This document shows, piece by piece, positions 39,137 to 50,673 of a stretch of 64,000 nt of DNA. Both the position numbers and the translations under genes were made by a program. How positions within the stretch are numbered: the stretch's first letter is position 1; each line of letters begins with the position of its first letter. The notes under the pieces were generated by a model that worked only from the letters and a program-made list of their open reading frames with translations, was not told where the DNA came from and made no database searches. The stretch covers positions 6,882,001 through 6,946,000 of the forward strand of contig JBHGNT010000006.1 of the NCBI GenBank assembly GCA_043228905.1. The letters run 5' to 3'. Source of the stretch: Azolla caroliniana. Its lineage: Eukaryota; Plantae; Polypodiophyta.

Positions 39137-42100
39137 TGTCATGAAGAATTTCGGCCAGAGGCGGAAACCGGGAAACATTGGCTACATCGGCGGTGTGCGG
39201 CATGTGTGTTCACCCTTGTACATTTAGTGTGAATAATGAGGGCGCCTTTATGGCGCCGAAGAGTAGTCAAGTCGGGACAGACGATCCCATGTAAGTCGGG
39301 ATTTATCCCACATTGTAACGCATCTCTCTCCTTGTTCTATAAAAGGAAGGTAGCACCCTTTGTGAAAGGGTTGCCCATTTTTCGTTAGAGGGTATACCGT
39401 TAGATTTAGGGTTAGTTACATTTCTTCTTCTTCTTCTTCTTCTTCTTCTCCTCCCCCTTCGTGCTTGCTTAGGGTTTGCTTTAGCTCGTCTCCTGCGCAA
39501 GACCCCGCTCGGCGCGACAAGCCCGTGAGCTCCCTGACCGGCGGCTTGGTAGCCGATGACTACTGTAACCTACCTTGGTCCGGCTCGAAGCCGGGAATGT
39601 ATTCTTCCTTTTATATATATACATTTGCGTCTGTCTGTGTATATTCGTGTCTCTGTTGGTATCGGGTGCTTCCCCTTTCCTATGTTTCCTGTACATAGTG
39701 TGTGTGAGTCGGCGTCATGCGCGCGCTCCCTCTCTTTCTCTCTCTCCCTTCGGTTGCTTCTGGTGTGCTTCTGGGATGCCCCGGAAACGGTGAAGTACGA
39801 CTTCCAGGCTCCGTCACTCCCTAGTCCAAGAACCCCTATGGTCCTGCCTTTCTCCACGCACGCGCGTAACAACGCGACATCTTTTGGTGAACCCGACGTG
39901 AAAGGCGGCAAGGGAGGATGGAGTCGGAAGACGACGACCTCGCTGTGATGGTTGCCGAAGTGGTGTTGGAGTCGGCACGAATGGTGATGAGGCGAGAAGC
40001 AGCACAACAAGCAGTTGAGCAAGTGGTCGAAAGAGTTAGCCGTTTCAACGGGGACAAAGTCCCATCTTACTTGGGAGCCTAGAACGCGGATATGGAGGAG
40101 CGTGGTGTAGATGAGGCGTTGAGGCTGGAGTTCTTCTATCGGGTCGTAGCTGTCCGGATGCATGCGGAAGTAAAGGAGCTCCGTGAGGCTCATAGTTGGT
40201 GGGAGGCATTCGAAGAGGTGCTCCTGAAGGCATATGGAGGACGGCGGAAGAGCCGGGGACGACACGACTTCGACCAGTGGGTAGCATCGGCAAAGACCCA
40301 TCGGGGCGCGACCAAGGCGTTCCAAGAGTTCGAGTAACAGCTTGCTCGGCTCCCGGAGTGGGAACAAGGTTTGGTGGGGACAGACAAGGTCCTATTGTTC
40401 GTCAGGTCGATCGACCGAGCGGAACGGGAGGCCATCGGGATGGAGCTCGAAGACGATGATGGAGCGAATGGGCTTACGGACGATTGGTCGAAGGTCGGAA
40501 GGGTGTGCCAACGGCTAGACGATGAGCGAGCCGAGAAGCCTAAGACAAAGGCACGCGACAGCATGCCATCACAGTGGGAAGAGGCCGAACGGCAAAGGGA
40601 GTTGGCGAGGGTCAGCGTTGAGGCCAGGATTGCAGAGGCGTACGCAACTCTCGAGGCGATGCTCGAGGAAGAGGAAAGATCGAGGCCTCAAGCTGAGATC
40701 GGGGAGACGGTCTTGCCCCACGAGATGGCGGAAGATCGGTACGACAATACCACGGGAGAGGGTGCGGAACAAAACGCCCTCTCGACTTGCGGAGAATTAC
40801 CGACCGAGGACAGGGTCGAGAGCGGAGAAGAGCCCTCCATGCGGATTCCGGAGACTCCGGCGGTCATGCCCGTGTGCCGACATGAGATCGGAGAGAAGGA
40901 AGGCGCCGACGAGGAGTCCTGGCACGATGCCAGGGAAGAGGGATGGGAAACGGCCTGCGAGGAGGCCGAGGACGGAAGCACCACGTCTTATCCGGAGACT
41001 CAGGCAGCCGGTAACGAGCGCCGATGTGAGACCTAGAGAGATGGGAGATGGAGGCGGGTACGCGAGAAGGAGAGCAACGACGAGTTCAGGAGAAGTACAA
41101 GGGATGAAGAGGAGAGTGAAGTCCGGTCCTACAAGATCCCCACACTAGTCTGGAGACCCCGGCAGTTCGGCCAACGTGGCAACGTGAGACCTAGGGAGAA
41201 GGCTGGTGGCGACAGGAGAACGGGACCTGGCAATCCGGAGAAGGACGAACGGACCCGGACGAGAACCGGGCGGGACGGACTTCCCGAAAACCATTCCGGG
41301 AGGGAGGGAGAGAGCAGGCCTACGAAGAGTCCGGGAACACGGTACGTCGGTACCACAGGAGAGGGTGTGGAGCGAGCCATCCTCTCGACTTACGAAAGAA
41401 GGAAGACCAGGGATAAGGGTCAGAGATATGGCAAGCCCGAGGAGGATCCTTCACACCGGTTCTACAGAAACCGGCGGTCGGCCCGAGAGTCGGCGCGAGA
41501 CCTAGAGTGGCGATCGGTGGCGGAAAGGGGACGAAGGCAAGGGAGCTGGGATGGGCGGTTTGCGGAGATCCTCACACCGATTCGGCTGTCGGTCCGAGTG
41601 CTGGCGTGAGTCCTATAGGAGAGGACGGTGGTGGCAGGTGAACATGACCGGACGACGGAAGCAGAGAAAGGAGAGATCAGGCCGGCGAGGCGGCTACGAA
41701 CAAAATCGAACCTTCCAGCAAGGTCAGTGGGCATAAGGAAGTCTGGTCCTACGGGATCCCCACACCGAACCAGAGACTCTGGCAGTTCGGCCAACGTGGG
41801 AACATGAGACCGAGAGAGAAGGTTGGTGGCGGCGGGAAACGGGACCCGACAACACGAAGAGGGAACCCGGCTACACGGAAGACACGAGGAGAGTCGTGAA
41901 GGACTCCGACAAAAGACACCCGAATTTCGGCAAGCATAGAAACAGAGTCCGGTCCTATGGGACCCTCACACCGATCCGGAGACTCCGGTAGTTCGGCCAA
42001 CGTGGCAACGTGAGACCTAGGGAGAAGGACGGTGGCGGCAGGGAACGGGACCCAACGACATGGGGTAGCGGATAGGGAGCCGGTAAGACGGGGCGGACGA

Positions 42101-43559
42101 AGTGCGAAACCCTCACCGGCCGGTTACGGTTTCGGAAGTAGCCGGTAGGGCGAACACGAGGAGGTGTGTTAGGCCAGAGAGGCACACCTGGGATGGAATA
42201 AGAGTCTCGCAACTGGCCATCGCGGGCCGGATCAAAGCGTGACTACGGGCCAGTGTTCGGCACGGGTGGTGCCGAACAAAGGAAGCGGAAGACGACACAA
42301 GGGAGGTGCCGGGAACGAGGTGACAAGTGCCTAGTGGACTGCACAGGGTCGGAGTCAGGGGATGGCAAGAGAGGCCGGAGGAGGATCCTCCACACTCGCT
42401 TCGTAGATCTCGTGTGCTCCGTGGAAGTAGCGAAGACTGACACGGCAAGCCCGGGGTGACAAGCGGAAGACTCGGGACCTGTTGCAGCAACACGAATGGT
42501 CAACGGAGGCCAAGCGGGCCACTATGGGCGTTCCTCAAGCGGGGGACATTGGGCATATGGCGGGTAACGGGCGTTCACACGGCCGAACAAGGGCCATTGG
42601 AAGTATGCGTACTACGGAGATCGCGGCAGAGGACCCATCGACCGGTCGAACGAGCCTACGGGGAGGTAAGCGCGAAGGAAGAACCTAAGCCGACGGTTCG
42701 AACCGGCAGCGAGCCGGGATGCGGATCACGGTTGACCGGTTTCTTACCGGCCGAAATCTCTCAACCTTAACCGGATTTGGCACGTACCGGTGGACGTGCG
42801 GTTTGGTGGGGGAGGATGTCGTAAAGAATTTCGGCCAGAGGCGGAAACCGGGAAACATTGGCTACATCGGCGGGGTGCAGCACGTGTGTTCACCCTTGTA
42901 CATTTAGTGTGAATAACGAGGGCGCCTTTATGGCGTCGAAGAGTAGTCAAGTCGGGACAGACGATCCCATGTAAGTCGGGATTTATCCCACATTGTAATG
43001 CATCCCTCTCCTTGTTCTATAAAAGGAAGGGAGCGCCCTTTGTGAAAGGGTTGCCCATTTTTCGTTAGAGGGTATACCGTTAGATTTAGGGTTAGTTACA
43101 TTTCTTCTTCTTCTTCTTCTTCTTCTTCTCCTCCCCCTTCGTGCTTGCTTAGGGTTTGCTTCAGCTCGTCTCCTGCGCAAGACCCTGCTTGGCGCGACAA
43201 GCCCGTGAGCTCCCTGACCGGCGGCTTGGCAGCCGACGACTATTGTAACCTACCTTGGTCCGGCTCGAAGCCGGGAATGTATTCTTCCTTTTATATATAT
43301 ACATTTGCGTCTGTCTGTATATATTCGTGTCTCTGTTGGTGTCGGGTGCTTCCCCTTTCCTATGTTTCCTGTACATAGTTTGCGTGAGTCGGTGTCATGC
43401 GCGCGCTCCCTCTCTTTCTCTCTCTCCCTTCGGTTGCTTCCGGTGTGCTTCTGGGATGCCCCAGAAATGGTGAAGTACGACTTCCTACGCTCTGTCACTC
43501 CCTAGTCCAAGACCCCCATGGTCCCGCCTTTCTCCACACATGCGTGTAACAACGCGACA
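39137..43559 (+). mobile_element. Complete non-autonomous gag-only LTR element: 743-bp LTRs (39137-39879, 42817-43559), tRNA-Trp PBS 39885-39902, PPT 42805-42816, TSD CCGT
   Basis: TGTC..GACA LTRs of equal length with ccgt on both flanks. The gag-like frame 39918-41036 has two stops. No PR, RT, RH or IN motifs in the 2.9-kb interior. Confidence 0.92.
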
Positions 43560-44790
43560 CCGTTTTCCTTCCGGCCCGGCGTTGCCCAAAGTGACAACCA
43601 ACGTCTCCCAACTATCTGGGAGGGAACCGAGCAGGAGTAGTGCTAACACCTCATCGGCGAGAGGTACTTCTAATGATGTTGCCTGGTGGATCAGCCTCTG
43701 GAAGGCATTCATGTGCTCCACCATGTTGGAGCCATCTTGGGACCGGGGTCTTACTAGCTTCCGAAATACAGAAACCTGATTAACAACATTTTTGTTCTGA
43801 AACATAATGCCGATCTTCTCCCAGAGCTCATGAGCCTTGCTCTCTTCGTTGAAGTTGTTGTATAGACTCCTGTCGATGAAGCACCGTATGTACGTCGTTG
43901 TCTTCATGTGCATCACCTCCCATATCGTGGCATCGATTTTGTTCGGTCTCTTGTCCCCGAACTGAACCGGCAACCAAAGGTCTTTAACCACGAGCATGTC
44001 CCTCATCTTCGATTTCCACACTGAGTAATTGGTGCCGGTGAGCTTAAACATGCCTCCCAACGAATCGTCCATTTTTCTGTGTCGTTTGGCTCTGATACCA
44101 ATTTGACGTGGAATACGCGGATTAATCTCCGGCAACAACCGAAATGTGGATCACTTGATGACAATAAAAAAAAGGAAACCACAGACTAAATGGGAATGGA
44201 GGTAATTCGACAAAACAGAAAGATAATACACAGGATATTAACGTGGAAAACCCAGAGAGGGAAAAACCACAGGAGTCCACAGACTCCAAACTATCACTCT
44301 ATAAAGTAATACAACAGGGAGCATAGAGGCAATGACCTCTTGCTCACAATCTTCGCCTAGTGGCAGTTACAACAGAGACACAATCTCCGTATGTCGCTCT
44401 CTCTCGCTCTCTCACTTACGCATTGTACAGAGGTTACACCAATAACTCTATCATCATCACTATTAAGTTTGCCCTAGGTCATATTTATACTAATATGATT
44501 TTCGGGCTATTTACAAATATAGCCCCAGTAGGCTCTCTGGAACATATTTACATATATTTCCCTTCCATCCGATGAGAGGTTCTCACCGGACCTGCAACAT
44601 CCGGTTCTCAGTGGGTCTTCCTTACCGAGTACTCCACATCCGGTTGTCACTGGGTCTTCCGTTGCCGGGTACTCCACATCCGGCTCTCACCGGGTCTTCC
44701 ATTGCCGGGTACTCCACATCCGGATTCAGTCGTGTTGCTCATCAACACTGTTCTTCTCACTTCCCATCCGGAGGGACCTGTTTCCTAACC
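43560..44790 (-). mobile_element. Copia gag N-terminus, PBS (44089-44100) and 5' LTR (44104-44790); host of the Trp-primed insertion
   Basis: MDDSLGGMFKL...AGPEGKR continues across the insertion into 39136. Confidence 0.88.
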
Positions 44791-47700
44791 ATTATGTGCA
44801 ATGATATGCAAGTGGCATTGGGACAATTTATGGCTTCATGGTCCCCCTCTAGCAATCGGATTTGGTTTGGTTATTTTTCTCCTTTAAAAGTTATTTTAGG
44901 AGCTAAAGTAATTAACATTATGGGTGATGTAATATACTTTAATGCGGATGATGATGGTAGGCTATGACATGTATTTTTTGAATCAGATGTGTGGATGTCC
45001 GCCAATGTTTCAGCGATTCGAGTAGTTGCAAGATCTGGAAAAAAATGGTTTTTGGATCTACCCTTTCAAGAATGCTTATGGTGTTGTTCATTGTGGGTTT
45101 TTCAAAAAAGGCTGCTTTATAATTTGGATTACGACTTCTAGTATAAAGTGGAATTATGCCATACCTCATTTTTTATTGCATAGCTTGTAGATTGTGCTCC
45201 ATTTGTTCCTTATATGATATCATTTGTTTGATCAGATGTTGGTATTAGCTTTTGTATTACAATAGAGGTGAGATGAAATGTCTCCTTCTGTTGTCTATAT
45301 GTACATTTCTCAAGTAATATACTAAGGTGTATCTTTCATAAAATAAATAAATAAATCTTATCTTCTTTCTTCAATATCTTTGTCTTTATGTTGCAAAATT
45401 ATGACACCCTTACCTTTACCTACATTTGCCTCCTTAATTTTCAGCACCTCATTATCATTCAATCCATACTCGGGCATTAACATGGCACCATGGGAAGTAT
45501 TAGTTACTCCATTAATTGACATAATATTATAAAAAAATAATATCTCTACATACATTTTAAGATCTATGTTTATTGAGCATCATTGCATTGTTGTCAATGA
45601 TCCAATTCTTCTAATCCAATAGCTTTCTAATATTCAAATCTTTCTCTGCACATTGACTCATTGACCTTTCAAAAGTGATCTCATTTGGCGTACTTAGGGC
45701 CACAAACACCAACAAACTTAATTTTCTAAGAGAGAGTTGGTTGAAAAATCATATTCATCTATGGTGACGTTCTCTCATGTGCAAATTGATGGTAGGCAAA
45801 TTTGTAAGACACAAAATTTTATGACAGAATAGCAAAATCCATGTGATACAAAGTAGTAGCTTTGTTTTAAATGCAAACAAGATCACTTGGTGTTCATAAT
45901 TTCTTTCCTAACTCCTATTATATGTACCTTTTGCCCTCACAAATGCACATACCCACCACACATTGAAATACACTTACACACACACACGATTACCCATCAA
46001 CACATGCACAATCATGAATGTGCTTAGGAGTCGATACTTGTTTGGTTGAGCTTGAATCGAGACATTTAACTGTTGTGAAACAATTTTTCGTTTGGTTTGT
46101 AGTCCATGCCTTAGCTTCCGTAACCTATCTGAGCTCAGTTGGTTAGGCTTGAGTTGTGCTTAACCAACTCAAATCAATTAAGTTGGTTAAATCATGTATA
46201 TATTTTTCAACAAATAAAGAGAGAAAGAGAGAGACTAAGGAAAGAAAGGTACCATTGAGAGAGATAGAAAAAGATAGAAAGAAAGATACTAGAGATAACA
46301 AGAGTGAATTGACTAGTGTAAATCAAAGACAAGGAAGGTTAGAGACAAGAGGTGAGAAGAAAAATGCTCGAGGGACACAAAATCACGAGGTTTGACATGG
46401 ATGAACTAAACTTTGTCGTGATGTGGCATGCCGAAGGTGGGAAACATGGGTAAAAAATGGATAAGAGATGGAGTGAAGGCATAGGAGAAAAAGTAAGAGA
46501 GAGGAGAGATGCAAAGAATTAAATGCAAACGTATGAAAAAGAAAAGAGAGAGAAGGAGATAGATTGCGGATATATAGTTATGTAATTTATTATAATAAGG
46601 AAAGTAAATGGCCTAGTGGTTAGGGTTATGTTATGGAGTAGTTAGAATTAGAGAAATTAGTGGTCAAGTAGCTAGAGAAATTGGTGATGAAGTAGTTGAG
46701 ACCATGGGTAATTAAGTAGGTTGTGTGAATAGAGAAGAGGAGGCTAGTTTTTGGGAAACTAGGGGGGATGCCCCCAATGTAATACTTTCTCTTTAATACA
46801 AAAAATACCCTTTTCTCTTATTGGATGGAATACCCCTTTTCTAGAATTCCCTTTCTCCTTGCAGAGCTTTGTAATACTTGGTATCAGAGCAGGTTCTACG
46901 CATCACCGAGAAGGTGTAGAAGCATGGAAAGATCTAGCAACCAGGAGAGAAGCAAACAATACTCAAATTGTGGCAACCAAGAGTGGAAGTGGTGGTTAGA
47001 AATCGAAAGTGGAAGGCTACAGTAGTGGCTGATTTTTTTCTTTTGCAACAACTAAGGTGAACATCCTATCATAGCCACAAGAATACAACTAATCAGATAA
47101 GAAGAGTCAACCGACAACATACCTACTCGACCGGCCACACCCATAGGTAAGAAATTTCTGAAAATATCTCTGACTCCCAGTCGGCAAGAGTCTTGTCCTC
47201 CATGACGATAATATCTCGGCTCCGGAATACTTTCTGGTCGACCGGGTCCCACACTCGGTAGCCGAACTCATCATCGTCGTATCCGAGGAATATGCATGGC
47301 TGGGTTTTGGATCCAACTTTCCTCTCCGGTCCTTAGCTACATGCACGTACGTGAGACACTCGAACACCTTCAAATGCCGGTAGGACACTTCCTTACCGGT
47401 CCACACCTTTTGCCGGTGTCTCCATCCAAGGGCACTGAGGGTGATCTGTTTATCACATATGTTGTTGTCAACAGTGCCTCAGCCCAAAACGTATTCGGTA
47501 GTTTAGCATGTGCTAGCATACTCTGGACCCTCTCCATTACGGTCTGGTTCATCCTCTCAGCCAGCCCATTTAGTTTTGGCGTCTTCGGCACAGTAAATTC
47601 GAGCCGCATTCCCATTGAGTGACAATACTCCTCGAATTTCCCCCGGTATTCACCTCCGTTATCTGCTCGAACCGCCTTCAGCTTCCAGTCGGTTTCTCTT

Positions 47701-47918
47701 TCCACCCTTCCGTGGAGCTCCTTGAAGAGGGATAGCACTTGATCCTTCGTCTTCAACGGTGTGGCCCACAGCTTCCGGCTATGGTCGTCTATGAACGTCA
47801 CAAAGTACTACGATCCGGCATGTGACTTCGTGTCCACTTGACACACATCAGTATGCACCAACTCTAGTGGTGCATTACGTCTCATCGGTGGCCTTGATCG
47901 GAAGGAGGTCCGGTTCTG

Positions 47919-50317
47919 TTCTTGTCGACCGGGTCCCACACTCGGTAATCGAACTCATCATCGCCGTATCCGAGGAATAAGTCTTTGGATCCAACTTTCC
48001 TCTCCGGTCCTTACCAACATGCATGTACGCGAGACACCCGAACACCTTCAGATGCCGGTAGGACACTTCCTTACCGGTCCACACTCTCTGTGGTGTGTCT
48101 CCATCCAAGGGTATTGAGGGTGACCTGTTTATCACATATGTTGTTGTCGATAGCGCCTCAGCCCAAAATTTCTTGGATAATTTTGCATGTGCTAGCATAC
48201 TCCAAACCCTCTCCATTATGGTCCGGTTCATCCTCTCGGCCAGGCCATTGAGTTCCGGCGTCTTCGACATGGTAAATTCGAGCAGGTTTCCCTTCAAGCG
48301 GCAATACTCCTCGAACTGCCCTCGGTATTCTCCTCAGTTATCTGCTCGAACCGCCTTCAGCTTCCGGCCGGTTTCTCTTTCCACTCTTGCGTGGAGCTCC
48401 TTGAAGATGGATAACATGTGATCCTTTGTCTTCAACGGTGTGGCTCACAACTTCCGGTTGTGGTCGTCTATGAACGTCACGAAGTACTGCGATCCGGCAT
48501 GTCACTTCGTGTCCACTTGACACACATCGGTATGCACCAGCTCCAGTGGTGCATTACGTCTCCTCAGTGGCCTTGAGCGAAAGGAGGTTCGGTTTTGCTT
48601 ATCGGCCAAGCAGTCGGTGCACTTCTTAAGAAGCACGTCTTTCACCAGAATGAGATTGTCTTCGACTAGCCTCCTCATCCCCTTCTCGTTCATGTGACAA
48701 AGTCTCTTGTGCCACATCTCCCCGGTAGTGTCGGATGCCACGTTCACTTCTTCCGGACATAACCGGGCATTCATTAGGTACATGGTGTTGTCTTTCCGAG
48801 CCCGAGCCACTATTATGCTCCCTTTGCTAAACTCCATAACACTGTTCTGGATGCTACCTGTGTAGCCTTCATCATCTAGCTGACCAGCTGATATCAGGTT
48901 CAGTTGAACCTTCGGAACGTGTCGGACATCCTTCAGCGGCAACTTGCATCCGGTTGGTGTTGTCAGGCACCCGTCTCCTATGCCGACAATTCGGCATGTA
49001 CCTTCATTCCCCATCCGGACACAGCCGTGATCACTGACTGTATAGGATGAGAAGCATTTCCGGTTCAAGGTAAGGTGGAACGACGCTCCGGAATGGACAA
49101 CCCATGTTGTCTCGTCGCCGGCAAGGTTCAACTCACTCTCCTTGGTGATGAGCATAAACTCTTCTTCACTTGCCACGATTGCCATCATTCCCTTCCGGTT
49201 CGGTCCTCTCTCGTCTTTGTTGTTCTGGTTCGGTGACCACCTCGAATCGGTACTGTTGGTTTGCTTGTCTTTCCGGAAATGCCGAAAATTCTTCTGGAAG
49301 TGCCCCGACTTGCTGATATCCCCCTTGATTTTGACCGTGTCCCCGACTTTTCTCGGTTCTAGGGAATACAGTTCCTTTTTCTTCCGCGTTCCGATTCGGT
49401 GAGGAGCGCTTTGGAGTTGGATATCATATCCTTGTCTTTTCGATGCGCCTCCTCATCTAGCAAGCTCGACTTGACTCTTGCTAGGGATAACTATTTTCCT
49501 TCTGGCCCGGCTTTGCCCAAAGTGACAACCAACGTCTCCCAGCTATCCGTGAGGGAACCAAGTAGGAGCAGTGCTAGCACCTCATTGGCGAGAGGTACTT
49601 CTAATGATGTTGCCTGGTGAATCAGCCCCTGGAAGGCATTCATGTGCTCCGCCATGCTGGAGCCATCTTGGTACCGGAGTCTTACTAGCTTTCAGAATAC
49701 CAAAACCCGATTAACAACATTTTTGTTTTGAAACATAATGCTGATCTTCTCCCAGAATTCATGAGCCTTACTTTCTTCATTAAAGTTGTTGTACAAGCTC
49801 ATGTCGATGAAGCATCGTATGTATGCCGTTTTCTTCATGTGCATTACCTCCCACACCGTGACATTGATCTTATGCGGTCTCTTGTCCCCAAACTGAACCG
49901 GCAACCAAAGGTCTTTAACCACGAGCATGTCCCTCATCTTCGACTTCCACACTGAGTAGTTGGAGCCAATGAGCTTGAACATGCCTCCCAACGAATCTTC
50001 TATTTTCTGTGTCGTTTCCCTCTGATACCAGATTGACGCGAAATATGCGGAAAGTTACTCAGCCACAATCGAGTCTCAGATTGTGTCGTTTTGAATCGAA
50101 CACCGACAATGGGAATGGAGGTGAATACACATATACACATAAAATATGAGAGAGGGTACATAGTATGTTAACGTGGAAAACCCTGAATGGGAAAAACCAC
50201 GGGAGCCCACCGACTCCAAACTATCACTATGTCAAAGAATACAATAGGGCGCATAGAGGCAACGACCTTGTGCTCACACTCTTCGCCTGACGGCGGTTAC
50301 AACAGAGAATCACTCTG

Positions 50318-50369
<52 letters not shown>

Positions 50370-50673
50370 GCTACGCTCTGTACAGTAGTTACAACTACAA
50401 CGCAAAGAATGACCAACACAATGATCTGCAATAACAACAAAAAACATTGTTTTCCCTAGGTCATATTTATACTAATATGACTTTCGGGCTATTTACAGAT
50501 ATAGCCACAATGGGCTAATAGAGACATATTTACATCTATGTCCCTTCATCCAGTGAGAGGTTCTCACCGGGCCTGCAACATCTGGTTCTCACCGGGTCTT
50601 CCTTGCCGGGTACTCATCATTCGATTCTCACCGGGCCTTCATCATCCCATCCGAAGGGACCGAAATCCTAACA
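47919..50673 (-). mobile_element. Degenerate copia element (gag-PR-IN, PBS ~50020-50030, 5' LTR 50034-50673)
   Basis: Family-B-like ORFs at 47875, 48502 and 49692. LTR ends tgacgcg...cctaaca and contains a (CT)n run. Confidence 0.88.

Noticed and set aside
39911-39920. Shine-Dalgarno-like GGGAGG before the gag ATG
   Set aside because: Eukaryotic retroelement context, purine-rich strand, and not conserved in the 12350 copy.
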